DNA from: an uncultured Candidatus Saccharibacteria bacterium
GTDB taxonomy: Bacteria > Patescibacteriota > Minisyncoccia > Phycocordibacterales > SIBU01
Reading direction: 5' to 3'
Length of the DNA: 64,000 bases
NCBI GenBank assembly: GCA_964355335.1
Contig: CAYHDB010000001.1
Coordinates: forward strand, 23,387-87,386
Part shown: piece by piece, positions 35,628 to 45,490 of the stretch
Position numbering within the stretch: position 1 is the stretch's first letter
Layout of the letters: each line of letters starts with the position of its first letter
Notes under the pieces: model-generated
Seen by the model: only the letters and a program-made list of their open reading frames with translations
Told to the model about the DNA's origin: nothing
Databases searched by the model: none
Position numbers and translations under genes: made by a program

Positions 35628-37346
35628 ATGGTTACAGATGAAATAAAAAAATTAATACAGGAAAGTTTACACAAATTAGGCATATCTGTTGCCGAGGTTT
35701 CCTTGGAGCATCCTGATGAGATTTCTCACGGGGATTTTTCTACCAATGTAGCACTTGTTTATTCGAAGCAACTCGGAATGAATCCAAGAAAAATTGCGGA
35801 CGAGGTTGTAAAGTTTTTCGAGCAAAATAAACCTGAAGGAGTTGAAAAGGTGGAAGTTGCCGGAGCCGGTTTCATTAATTTTTTTCTTGCCAGCGGATTC
35901 TTTAAGAAAAATGTTGGAGAAGTTCTAAGTCAGGCAGAGGATTTCGGTAAAAACAAGGTTTTGGCTGGGAAAAAAGTGATGGTGGAGTATACTGACCCAA
36001 ATGCTTTTAAGCCTTTTCACATCGGTCATTTGATGGCGAATTCCATAGGAGAATCTGTTTCGAGGTTGGTTGAATTTTCAGGGGCCGGAATTATAAGAAT
36101 GTGTTATCCGAGCGATATAGGACTTCATATTGCTAAGTCTGTATGGGGTTGCTTAAAAAATAAGAAAGAATTTCCAAAAAATTCAGACACATTGATAACG
36201 AAGACGGCTTTTTTAGGGGGAGCTTATGTTGAAGGTACTAGTGCTTACGAAAGCGATCCAGAGGCCAAAATTGCAATAGACAAAATTAACAAAGAGCTTT
36301 TTGAGAAAACTAACCCGGAAGTTTTGAAAGTTTACGATCAAGGCAGATCATGGAGTTTGGAGCATTTCGAAGAGCTATACAAGAGGTTGGGGACAAAATT
36401 TGATGAGTATATTTATGAAAGTGAGGCCGGTCCTGCCGGACTCAAAATAGTACATGATTTTTTAGGCCAAGGAGTTTTTGAAAAAAGCGACGGTGCTATT
36501 GTTTACAGGGGAGATAAACACGGTCTTCATACCAGGGTTTTTGTGAATTCTTTGGGATTTCCTACATATGAAACTAAGGAAATTGGTCTTAACACAAGAA
36601 AATTTAAGGAACACAAACTTGATTTGTCGATAATCGTAACTGCTAACGAACAAAATGAATATTTTAAGGTGGTTTTGTCAGCAATTAGGAATATGTATCC
36701 GGAAATTGCCGAGAAAACTAAACACCTGTCGCACGGAATGCTGCGGCTTGCGTCAGGAAAAATGTCCTCCCGCACTGGCAACGTCATTACGGGAGAGTCG
36801 CTTATTTCCGCGGTGGAGGCAATGGTTCATAAGAAATTGGAAGAAAGGGAGCTCGAAACAAAGGAGAAAAATAAAATCGCGGAGTTGGTTGCGGTAGGTG
36901 CCATTAAATATTCAATTCTCAAACAGGCGATAGGAAGCGATATTATTTATGATTTTGATAAATCGATTTCGTTTGAAGGAGATTCGGGTCCATACCTGCA
37001 GTATTCATATGTCAGAGCGATGTCCGTACTGAAAAAGGCCGAGTCAATGAAGATTAAACCTCATGTAGGGAAGGAGGCTGATACTTTGGAAATATCTTTA
37101 TTTGAACGTTTGCTTACTCGTTTTCCCGAAACCGTCGAGAGAGCTGGGGTGGAGTATGCTCCGCATTATATCGCCACCTACCTTACCGAATTGGCCAGTG
37201 CGTTCAACGGATATTATGCCCAAAATCAGATTGCCAACGCAGAGGATAAGACTTCATCATACAAGGTGGCACTGACAACTGCTTTTGCCACGACAATGAA
37301 GAATGGATTGTGGTTACTGGGTATACAAGTACCCGAGCATATGTAG
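35628..37346 (+). CDS. argS: arginine--tRNA ligase
   Basis: VEYTDPNAFKPFHIGHLMANSIGES (HIGH) and the class I ArgRS anticodon-binding C-terminus (YLQYSYVRA). Confidence 0.9.
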   Translation: MVTDEIKKLIQESLHKLGISVAEVSLEHPDEISHGDFSTNVALVYSKQLGMNPRKIADEVVKFFEQNKPEGVEKVEVAGAGFINFFLASGFFKKNVGEVLSQAEDFGKNKVLAGKKVMVEYTDPNAFKPFHIGHLMANSIGESVSRLVEFSGAGIIRMCYPSDIGLHIAKSVWGCLKNKKEFPKNSDTLITKTAFLGGAYVEGTSAYESDPEAKIAIDKINKELFEKTNPEVLKVYDQGRSWSLEHFEELYKRLGTKFDEYIYESEAGPAGLKIVHDFLGQGVFEKSDGAIVYRGDKHGLHTRVFVNSLGFPTYETKEIGLNTRKFKEHKLDLSIIVTANEQNEYFKVVLSAIRNMYPEIAEKTKHLSHGMLRLASGKMSSRTGNVITGESLISAVEAMVHKKLEERELETKEKNKIAELVAVGAIKYSILKQAIGSDIIYDFDKSISFEGDSGPYLQYSYVRAMSVLKKAESMKIKPHVGKEADTLEISLFERLLTRFPETVERAGVEYAPHYIATYLTELASAFNGYYAQNQIANAEDKTSSYKVALTTAFATTMKNGLWLLGIQVPEHM

Positions 37347-37361
37347 TATTATTGTCAGCAT

Positions 37362-38669
37362 ATGATAAATAACGAACTCCTTAAATTTGTTCAAGAACAA
37401 CTTGCTCACAATGTTCCAAGAGAACAAATTATCGCTATTTTGAAGCCAGGAGGTTGGAGCGAGGCGGATGTGGTAGAGGCGTTACAGGCACTACAATCTT
37501 CTTCCGTGCCACTTCTAAAGACCTTACTTGTTTCCCCGGCCGGTAAGAAAAGAACGTTGATAATTTCTGTCATCGCCTTTTTCCTTGTTATTGCCGGAGT
37601 CGCCGTCTGGTTCTATTCCAGCAAGGTCAAGACACCAGCTCTCTCGACAGAAAGTCAGACAATATCTGTTCCAGCAACACCCTCCGTGGCTTCATCTACT
37701 CCAGTTTTGCCATTCGATTCTGACCTCACTGTTGTGTGGATGAAGGTTCCTGATGAGCAGAATAGCGCTTCAGCGATAATCGCGGCAAGGCAGACTATTT
37801 CTAAAGATGATTCGGCCTTCCTGTCAAAATATTTTGGAAAAGGATATATCGTTAAAGACCTTCCTGTTCTCGCGTCGGCAAATACTGTCACTTCTCGTAA
37901 TATGGGAGCACTGAAGGCTTTTGATTTGTCTTCCACTACGCCATATTTCCAATGTTCTGCAATTATGACACCTGAACAGTGCAATTATCAGTCTGTCAGT
38001 AATATCGGGCGACTCCTGCTTCTCCGTTCGTATGTTTTGGAAAAGGCAGGCAAAATACCAGAGGCGCTTTCTGTGACCACAAGTATTATTGATTTTGGAC
38101 AAAAGGTCACAAGGGAGGTGGATGATGTCATACCTTTGCTTGTCGGATGGACTTTACAAAAAGACGGTTATCAAAGGATTGTCTTGCTCAACCCAAAGCT
38201 TTCAAAACCTTTTTCTATTTCTGCCGACGAAAAGGCTAGTCGCATAAACATTCTGCGTGAGGAACACAAAAAAGTTTTCAAGTTTATTTATACAAGAGAG
38301 ACAGAAGGTTTGGAATATATGGCTGATAAAAATAAGGTACCGTCATTTCCGCAAACTGCGGAGGACGTTGCAACCGTCGATGAATATAGGAAGTCAATCG
38401 CTTTGGGAAAATTTAATTTGGAAGAAACTAAAAAGTATTTTTACGATTCTTACAAAATCGCGATTGGAAACGTCGATGTTGCTTGTGGTGGCCCGATGGT
38501 AAAAGCCCCCTATGATTTCAGTGCCGAAGTGAATACCGCGACCACCACTAGTAATCAGTCTGCGGTGGAAAATTATGTTGGCAAAATTTTGTACTGGGTG
38601 ACCTACCCAGGATTCGACGGTTTGAATGCAAAGCGGTGCGAAGTTGAGGCACTTATAAATAAGCTCTGA
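37362..38669 (+). CDS. hypothetical membrane-anchored protein
   Basis: A 435-aa product with a single TM helix near residue 70. No known domain. Confidence 0.4.
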   Translation: MINNELLKFVQEQLAHNVPREQIIAILKPGGWSEADVVEALQALQSSSVPLLKTLLVSPAGKKRTLIISVIAFFLVIAGVAVWFYSSKVKTPALSTESQTISVPATPSVASSTPVLPFDSDLTVVWMKVPDEQNSASAIIAARQTISKDDSAFLSKYFGKGYIVKDLPVLASANTVTSRNMGALKAFDLSSTTPYFQCSAIMTPEQCNYQSVSNIGRLLLLRSYVLEKAGKIPEALSVTTSIIDFGQKVTREVDDVIPLLVGWTLQKDGYQRIVLLNPKLSKPFSISADEKASRINILREEHKKVFKFIYTRETEGLEYMADKNKVPSFPQTAEDVATVDEYRKSIALGKFNLEETKKYFYDSYKIAIGNVDVACGGPMVKAPYDFSAEVNTATTTSNQSAVENYVGKILYWVTYPGFDGLNAKRCEVEALINKL

Positions 38670-38735
38670 TTTGTTGACTTATATTGTGCTGGGTGTAGTT
38701 TGTAGGGAGTTTAACCAAGAAAGGGAAAAATAACT

Positions 38736-39095
38736 GTGAACATTCTGGATGTCCTGTCGATGACGAACCCCTCTGTCACCTCGAAAGAGTTGTACAAAGG
38801 GCTTATGAATATGTCGGAAGGTGAGTATCGCGAAACATATACAAGGATGCTGGCTCAGGCAAGGAAGTTTATCGAAAGTGACGACGGTGACTTTTCTGCT
38901 CGGTTGGATTCTGGTGATGCCGCCATCTACGCATCATTTTGTGGCAAGCTTTCCGAAGCTTTTGACTTGCTTCAAGCCTATAAAGGCATGGCGAAAGGGG
39001 TACGGGCCAGTTTACTGTCCGAAGTTATGACGTGGTGTCAGTTCCTGAGCCAGGCCCGAGGCTTAGTTGAAGTAATGCTTACTTCTCGGACTTAA
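38736..39095 (+). CDS. hypothetical protein
   Basis: A 119-aa ORF. Confidence 0.35.
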   Translation: MNILDVLSMTNPSVTSKELYKGLMNMSEGEYRETYTRMLAQARKFIESDDGDFSARLDSGDAAIYASFCGKLSEAFDLLQAYKGMAKGVRASLLSEVMTWCQFLSQARGLVEVMLTSRT

Positions 39096-39148
39096 TTTCA
39101 AAAATGCTTCAACGATGCTAGAATAGCCATATTCTAGCTTTTTTATAT

Positions 39149-42100
39149 ATGTCCGAAGAAAATATCAAGAAAAGTCCAATAGCCGATAGGGAAGAGTTGA
39201 TTTTGAAGACCTGGCAGGATAACCAGATTTTCAAAAAAACTCTCGAAAAGCCGTCACCAAAAGGCGAGTTTGTTTTTTACGAAGGTCCTCCCACGGCGAA
39301 CGGAAAACCCGGGATTCATCACCTCGAAGCACGAGCTTTCAAAGATGCTATCCCTCGATACAAGACGATGCAGGGTTTCCATGTACGCAGAAAAGGTGGA
39401 TGGGATACACACGGATTGCCTGTGGAACTGGCGGTGGAAAAAGAGCTTGGATTGAAATCAAAAAAAGACATTGAAGATTATGGTGTCGCGAAGTTTAACC
39501 AGAAATGTAAGGAAAGTGTTTGGACGTACGTGGATTTATGGAAAAAGTTCACGGAACGTATTGGTTTTTGGGTTGATTTGAACAATCCTTACGTCACCTA
39601 TTCGGCAAACTATGTCGAATCATTGTGGTCAATCCTTAAACGTGCCGACGAGAAGAAACTTTTGTATAAGGATTACAAGGTTGTGCCATGGTGTCCGAGA
39701 TGTGGAACAGCGCTTTCAAGTCACGAATTGGCACAGGGGTATGAGACAGTTAAAGATTTATCTTTAACTGTCAGATTCAGGATTCAGGATTCAAGATTCA
39801 CGAAGGGGGAGAATACCTATCTATTGGCGTGGACTACCACGCCGTGGACGTTACCTGGGAATGTCGGGCTTGCTGTTGGAGCAAAAATTAAATATGTAAA
39901 AGTGAAAGTGGGGGCGGAGGTTATTATTTTGGCTAAGGAACGCACAGAAAGTGTTTTGAAAGGGAAGGAATATAAAATTCTCGAGGAGTTCACGGGAGAA
40001 AAGCTTGTGGGTTTGGAATACGAGCCTCTTTACACATTTTTGAGAGATAGTTTGACCAAAAATCCCTCCACGAATAAGAATTCGGTGCTCCCTTTAGGAA
40101 AGGGAGAATTAAGAGACGAGGCGGGAAAACTGAAAAATGCGTTTAAAGTCTACGGAGCGGATTTTGTGACCACCACCGACGGTACGGGTATAGTGCATAC
40201 AGCCGTGATGTATGGAACAGACGACTTTGAGTTGGGTACAAAAGTCGGGTTGCCAAAATACCATTTGGTAAATGAAGATGGAACATTCAAGAAAGAAACC
40301 GGATTTTTGTCAGGAAAGTTTGTGAAGGACGAGGAAACGGCTGTCGATATCATCAAGGATTTGGCGCACCGGGGATTGCTTTTTGCCAAGGAAAAATACG
40401 AGCACAGCTATCCTTTCTGTTGGCGCTGTCATACCCCGCTTATCTACTACGCGAGGGATTCATGGTATTTAGCCATGAGCAAGTTGCGTAATGTGCTGGT
40501 CAAGGAAAACAAGAAAATCAATTGGGAGCCTGCTCATATTAAAGACGGGCGTTTTGGAGAATGGCTACGTGAGATAAAGGATTGGGCAATTTCTCGTGAA
40601 CGTTACTGGGGGACACCACTACCTGTGTGGAACTGTGAATCCTGTGGAAAAAAAGAGGTGTTGGGCTCGTATGCCGAAGTCATGTCGCGTACTGGTGGAG
40701 TTCTGACCAAGATTATCCTTGTCCGTCACGGTGAAAGCGAGAAGAATATAAAGAATGTTTTCTCTTGTGTTTTCGAAGGCTATCCTTTGACAAAATTGGG
40801 AGAATCGCAGGCTCGCAATGGAGTGAAGCTTCTCGGAAAGGAAAAGGTGTCTGCAATATACGCCTCGCCTGTCTTTCGCACAAAGCAAACCGCTGGAATA
40901 TACGCGAAGAAGCTGAAGAAAGAAGTGGTGGTGGACAATCGTCTGCGAGAGGTGGACAGTGGTGTTTGGGATGAAAAGCGTTTTGACGATGAGTGGGTGC
41001 TCAAGGAACAGAAAGCATACAAGAATCTTTCGCATGAAGGTTTTTATGTGGCGCCTAGAGGAAGTACGGGAGAAAGCTGGAAGCAAGTGGAGGATAGGGC
41101 AACGGATTTTTTCAAAGAAATTATAAAGAAACATAAGGGGGAGACGGTAGTTATCGTTTCTCACGAAGGACCCTTGGCGTTTTTGATGAGATACATTCAG
41201 GACGTTCCGATTGATGATATGAAAAGTATTTTCAGAAAGGGTTTGGTCAATGGCTTTGCTGTACCGAAGCTTGTATATATCGACAATTCAACGGAGAAGG
41301 AGTTTAATCCTCACCGCCCGAGGATTGATGAAGTAGAGTTCCCTTGTAAGTGTGGAGGAAGAATGAAACGAGTAAAAGAGGTCGTGGATGTATGGTTTGA
41401 TTCCGGCGCGATGCCTTTTGCTCAGGACCACTATCCTTTCGAGAACAAGGCAATTGTTGAAAAGGAAAGATTTCCCGCCGATTATATCTCAGAGGCGATA
41501 GACCAGACTCGCGGGTGGTTCTACACACTTCATGCGATAGGGAATATCTTAGGTAAAGGATTTGCCTACAAAAATGTTATTTGTCTTGGCCATATTTTGG
41601 ATGCACAGGGTAAGAAGATGTCGAAGTCTATCGGAAATGTCGTGGATCCATGGCAGATGATAAACAAGTACGGCTCTGACGCTCTTCGCCTTTGGATGTA
41701 CTCGGTGAACCAGCCAGGGGAATCGAAGAACTTTGACGAGAAGACCGTGGACGAGATTGTAAAGAAATATTTCAATCTTGCCTCGAACGTTCTCGCTTTC
41801 TACCAGCTGTATTCTTCTTCTGCGGTCAATGGTCAAATGTCACATGTCAAAAGCTCTCATGTTCTGGACATTTGGATAATTGCTAGATTAAATCAGCTTA
41901 TTGGTGAGGTGACGAGCGGGCTGGATAATTACAAATTGCTTGAACCGACTCGCGCAATCAGAGATTTTATCGCTGATCTTTCACAGTGGTATCTTCGACG
42001 TTCACGCGAGCGAATTAAAAATGGTGGGCAAGATGGAGAAGAGGCTCTGGCTACATTACGGTTTGTGCTTTGTGAGTTATCCAAACTTATGGCTCCTATG

Positions 42101-42697
42101 GCGCCATTCTTTGCCGAATTTTTATACAAGGAGATTGGGGGAGAAAAAGAAAGTGTCCATTTGGAAGAATGGCCGGAGGTAAAAGTAAAAACTAAAAGCG
42201 AAAAACTTAAAATATTGGAAGAAATGGAAGAGGTGAGGAGAGTAGTGTCGCTTGCTTTGGAGCAACGTGCTAAGGCCAACATAAAAGTTCGTCAGCCCCT
42301 TTCTTCTCTTAAGCTTAAATCTAAAATCATAAATCTTAAATCCGGAGTGTCTGATTTGATAAAAGATGAAGTAAATGTAAAAGAAATAATTTTTGATTCA
42401 ACAATTCAGAATGAAGTGGAATTAGACACGACTATTACTCCGGAATTAAAGGAGGAGGGGGATGTTCGAGAGCTTGTCCGGGCAATTCAGGATCTGCGCA
42501 AAACTTCGGGATTTAACGCAATCGATGTTGTTAATCTTACTGTCGAGACTGATGAGAAAGGAAAAAAGTTTATAGAGAAGTATCTGAATGAATTGATGAA
42601 GGCTACACAACTGAAGAAAATTGCTCACGGCCCATCTCTAGATGGAGGGGAAGTCTTGATGGATGGATTTTCTCTAAAAATCTCGGTTTCGAAATAG
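39149..42697 (+). CDS. ileS: Isoleucine--tRNA ligase with an embedded histidine-phosphatase (PGAM-like) domain
   Basis: IleRS motifs: PPTANGKPGIHH (HIGH), WCPRCGTAL, KKMSKSIGN (KMSKS), and zinc-knuckle halves WNCESCG / CKCGG..VVDVWFDSG. Between the halves, at about nt 40690-41310, lies RHGESEKN...SAIYASPVFRTKQTA...VVIVSHEGPLAFLM, a branch-1 histidine-phosphatase signature. Confidence 0.85.
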   Translation: MSEENIKKSPIADREELILKTWQDNQIFKKTLEKPSPKGEFVFYEGPPTANGKPGIHHLEARAFKDAIPRYKTMQGFHVRRKGGWDTHGLPVELAVEKELGLKSKKDIEDYGVAKFNQKCKESVWTYVDLWKKFTERIGFWVDLNNPYVTYSANYVESLWSILKRADEKKLLYKDYKVVPWCPRCGTALSSHELAQGYETVKDLSLTVRFRIQDSRFTKGENTYLLAWTTTPWTLPGNVGLAVGAKIKYVKVKVGAEVIILAKERTESVLKGKEYKILEEFTGEKLVGLEYEPLYTFLRDSLTKNPSTNKNSVLPLGKGELRDEAGKLKNAFKVYGADFVTTTDGTGIVHTAVMYGTDDFELGTKVGLPKYHLVNEDGTFKKETGFLSGKFVKDEETAVDIIKDLAHRGLLFAKEKYEHSYPFCWRCHTPLIYYARDSWYLAMSKLRNVLVKENKKINWEPAHIKDGRFGEWLREIKDWAISRERYWGTPLPVWNCESCGKKEVLGSYAEVMSRTGGVLTKIILVRHGESEKNIKNVFSCVFEGYPLTKLGESQARNGVKLLGKEKVSAIYASPVFRTKQTAGIYAKKLKKEVVVDNRLREVDSGVWDEKRFDDEWVLKEQKAYKNLSHEGFYVAPRGSTGESWKQVEDRATDFFKEIIKKHKGETVVIVSHEGPLAFLMRYIQDVPIDDMKSIFRKGLVNGFAVPKLVYIDNSTEKEFNPHRPRIDEVEFPCKCGGRMKRVKEVVDVWFDSGAMPFAQDHYPFENKAIVEKERFPADYISEAIDQTRGWFYTLHAIGNILGKGFAYKNVICLGHILDAQGKKMSKSIGNVVDPWQMINKYGSDALRLWMYSVNQPGESKNFDEKTVDEIVKKYFNLASNVLAFYQLYSSSAVNGQMSHVKSSHVLDIWIIARLNQLIGEVTSGLDNYKLLEPTRAIRDFIADLSQWYLRRSRERIKNGGQDGEEALATLRFVLCELSKLMAPMAPFFAEFLYKEIGGEKESVHLEEWPEVKVKTKSEKLKILEEMEEVRRVVSLALEQRAKANIKVRQPLSSLKLKSKIINLKSGVSDLIKDEVNVKEIIFDSTIQNEVELDTTITPELKEEGDVRELVRAIQDLRKTSGFNAIDVVNLTVETDEKGKKFIEKYLNELMKATQLKKIAHGPSLDGGEVLMDGFSLKISVSK

Positions 42698-42964
42698 TTT
42701 CCTCGACAAATAGTGGTGGGGATAAGCGGTTGCGCAAAAACTTGCAAGTTTTTTACGTGGGTGTATATTTTGAAATGGTGTGTTTGGAGCTCTTTGTCAG
42801 GATGTTGAAAAATGGCTGCAGGTTTGGGTTTGGAGGCTTTCTCTTGTTCCAAACCTGCAGCTAGTCCGGGTTGGCTGTTGGACTTCGTCTCCCGACCGAG
42901 TGGTGGGGAATACAGGAGGGCAGAAACCCAAAACAACACCCACCTATGGTGGGAGAAAGGTACA

Positions 42965-43450
42965 ATGAACAAAATCAAATGGCGCCTCAGTGGCGCGTTT
43001 GTTGCGATCGCCTTTTTGGCGCTCGCGTTCGGCCTGGAGTCGCCGGCGCTCGCGGATCCGGGAGGGGGTCAGACAACTCTGACTGAAAATAGCCTGCTTA
43101 TTCCGGCGCCTCCGCCCCTGGCCAAGATCGTCCCGGCCACCGCGTTCAACATTGTCTCGCCCCCTACAGCCTTGGTGGCGGACAACAGCAACGCAAATAT
43201 CAACTCGAACGTGTCGCCTAGTTTTGCGAGCGTTAACTCCAAAGACGCCGAAAATATCAAGGCAACCTCATCTCCGGCCGCGATTCTGGAGAATGCTAAC
43301 ACTGCGTCGCGAAACGGGCCGACCCTGAATTCCGTCGGCATAAATAGTCTTGCGACCGTCAATACCTTGCTACCGGCACCCACGAAAGGAGTTTGCTCCG
43401 GCACGGAACTTGCCACGGCCAGCAATTTGGGCGCGAATAAAAGTGTATAA
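42965..43450 (+). CDS. secreted low-complexity (Ala/Asn/Ser/Thr/Pro-rich) protein
   Basis: Signal peptide MNKIKWRLSGAFVAIAFLALAFGLESPALA. A good SD (gagaaagg) precedes the ATG at 42965. Locally more GC-rich than the flanks. Confidence 0.5.
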   Translation: MNKIKWRLSGAFVAIAFLALAFGLESPALADPGGGQTTLTENSLLIPAPPPLAKIVPATAFNIVSPPTALVADNSNANINSNVSPSFASVNSKDAENIKATSSPAAILENANTASRNGPTLNSVGINSLATVNTLLPAPTKGVCSGTELATASNLGANKSV

Positions 43451-43654
43451 GTCGCCTTTTCGGAGAACGACGCACGGGTGAGCGTGGAATCACCTTTTCA
43501 GCATCCTGAGTACACCGGTTTTTTGTGTATGTAGAATTAACCTTACGTTTTTCTCGCCCCTCCGTGTTTGCTTACGCGGAGGGGTTCAGTGTTTCAATAT
43601 TTTTAGTATACTGTAATTTCGGCAATCTTAATTCCTCCTTTGAAAAAGGAGGTG

Positions 43655-43765
43655 CCGTCCACAGGTGCACATCATCTGCCGATGTGCCCGAGTCATCGAG
43701 GCGGAGGATTTCAAAATCCCTCGTCTCATAAGAATGAGCCACTCCCTTTTGAAAAGGGAGAATAA
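43655..43765. repeat. Modular three-hairpin element, family 4, copy B
   Basis: ggcggaggatttcaaaatccctc + gtctcataagaatgagcc + actcccttttgaaaagggagaa. Confidence 0.7.
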
Positions 43766-43780
43766 TAGATTTGTATTTTT

Positions 43781-44338
43781 ATGACCAAAAGAGTATTTCT
43801 TATCCATGGTTGGGATGGAAAACCCGATAACCATTGGTTTCCTTGGCTTACCTGGGAGCTAAAGGCTCGTGGTTTTGAGGTGCATTCATTGACCATGCCT
43901 CATGCGGACACACCAAAGGTTTCAGAATGGATTGCTGAAATGAAAAATATTGTCGGGCACCCAAACAAAGACACATTTTTTGTCGGTCATTCTCTTGGCT
44001 GTATCGCAATTGTTCGATATCTCGCACAACTACCTAAGACTGCTCGAGTGGGCGGGTGCGTGTTTGTAGCAGGATTTTCAAGTGATTTGGGTATCCCTGA
44101 GATTTCTGAATTTGTTTCTTTGCCTTTCGATATGGAAAAAGTCAAAAGTCACTGCTCGAAGTTTGTGAATATATTTTCTGATAATGATGAGTATGTTCCG
44201 ATGGTGAAAAGTTTGGAGTTTCAAAAAGCCCTTGGCGCGAAAGGTACTCTCGAAAGAGGAAAGGGGCATTTTACGAAAAGTCAGGGAGTCGACGCTTTAC
44301 CTTCAGTTTTTAAAGTCCTTATGGATATGGGCAGTTAA
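43781..44338 (+). CDS. alpha/beta-hydrolase (YdeN/RBBP9-like serine hydrolase)
   Basis: VFLIHGW...FFVGHSLGC (GxSxG)... Confidence 0.75.
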   Translation: MTKRVFLIHGWDGKPDNHWFPWLTWELKARGFEVHSLTMPHADTPKVSEWIAEMKNIVGHPNKDTFFVGHSLGCIAIVRYLAQLPKTARVGGCVFVAGFSSDLGIPEISEFVSLPFDMEKVKSHCSKFVNIFSDNDEYVPMVKSLEFQKALGAKGTLERGKGHFTKSQGVDALPSVFKVLMDMGS

Positions 44339-44444
44339 TCCTGCTACATAGGAATTGCCTTGTGATGCGGTGCTTGTGTCTGGAGACTAATTTTGTTAGC
44401 CTTTCATTGGAATTGAAACTAAACCCTTAACATGAGGAAGTCCT

Positions 44445-44705
44445 ATGAAAGTACGTTTTGTCGTTAATCGGAATGCCGGTTCAGTTGTTGTTGAACCTTG
44501 TGACCCAGACGCGACGCTCGAAAGGTCTCGAGTTGGCCAGGACATTTTGTCCAGCGAGACATTCGTCGCGGCCATTTCGACGCAGGAGTTTACACCCCAT
44601 CAACTTTCCGACCAGAATTTTCTCGATGCTCTTGCCGAGGCATTTGCTCTTGGCCAAAAATTCGAGCAAGAAGTGAGACGTGAGCGGGTAACAGCATTCG
44701 ATTGA
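44445..44705 (+). CDS. hypothetical protein
   Basis: An 86-aa ORF. Confidence 0.3.
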   Translation: MKVRFVVNRNAGSVVVEPCDPDATLERSRVGQDILSSETFVAAISTQEFTPHQLSDQNFLDALAEAFALGQKFEQEVRRERVTAFD

Positions 44706-44855
44706 AAAGTATCAATACTCCGCCAGCACAGGCCGGCGGTCCGCCCGTATCGAACCGGAATTCGTTCCATTCGTGCGGGTTTTTTTATGATAAAATATCT
44801 CTTGCGGCGTAATTTCCTTTAATTTTGAGTTTTGCGCTTTAAACTTTAAACTCTC

Positions 44856-45449
44856 ATGTCCCACCATCTCTATCACACCCCCGGATTTATCCTCGGAAGC
44901 CATGTTTCAGGAGAAGCAAACAAAGTGTTTCGTATTTTCACCAGGGATTTGGGTTTGGTGCGTGCTACGGCTCAGGGAGTGAGATATCTGAAATCCAAAC
45001 TCCGCTACAGTCTCCAAGATTTTTCATATGTCGACTTGTCGCTAGTTCGTGGACAGGAAGTCTGGAGGATTACTGGAGCGGTCAAGAAAGACGATTTGTT
45101 TAGTGTTTTTCGAGAGGATTTCACTATGTTAGCTGTTTTTGGCCGTGTATTTTCTTTGCTTGAAAGATTGTTATCAGGAGAAGAAAAGAATGAGCGTCTG
45201 TGGCAATATCTCGAAGAAGCGGTTTTGTTTGCGATTTCCAAAAAGCGTTCAGCCGAGCTTGTCCGCAATTTTGAGTACATCCTGGTCCTGAGGATTCTCG
45301 GCAGTTTGGGATATCTGGGACAGTCTCCGGAGACCTTCACTTTTGTCGAGTCACCGTATTGGAGCGAAGAACTTTTGATAGGTCTGAATGAGGCTATTCC
45401 TCTTGTAGTAGGTGAAATAAACAAATCGTTAAGAGAAACCCAATTGTAA
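44856..45449 (+). CDS. recO: DNA repair protein RecO
   Basis: HTPGFILGSHVSGEANKVFRIFTRDLGLVRATAQGVRYLKSKLRYSLQDFSYVDLSLVRG is a RecO N-terminal OB-fold pattern. Confidence 0.6.
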   Translation: MSHHLYHTPGFILGSHVSGEANKVFRIFTRDLGLVRATAQGVRYLKSKLRYSLQDFSYVDLSLVRGQEVWRITGAVKKDDLFSVFREDFTMLAVFGRVFSLLERLLSGEEKNERLWQYLEEAVLFAISKKRSAELVRNFEYILVLRILGSLGYLGQSPETFTFVESPYWSEELLIGLNEAIPLVVGEINKSLRETQL

Positions 45450-45490
45450 GCGTGTTATAATGTTGTTCTGGTATATTTGACCTTATTCTA

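Noticed and set aside
40619-41164. A 181-aa minus-strand ORF inside ileS.
   Set aside because: It is antisense to the well-supported IleRS and phosphatase-insert frame and has no motifs.
42812-42964. An N-terminal extension of the secreted-protein ORF (MAAGLGLEAFS...).
   Set aside because: A good SD and a canonical signal peptide begin at the internal ATG at 42965. The extension overlaps a long palindrome and is more likely 5' UTR.
44706-44790. A GC-rich segment (ggcggtccgcccgtatcgaaccggaattcgttccattcgtgcggg) that looked tRNA-like.
   Set aside because: No consistent acceptor/T-arm pairing could be built in either orientation. It is more likely a terminator-like hairpin ending in a T-run.
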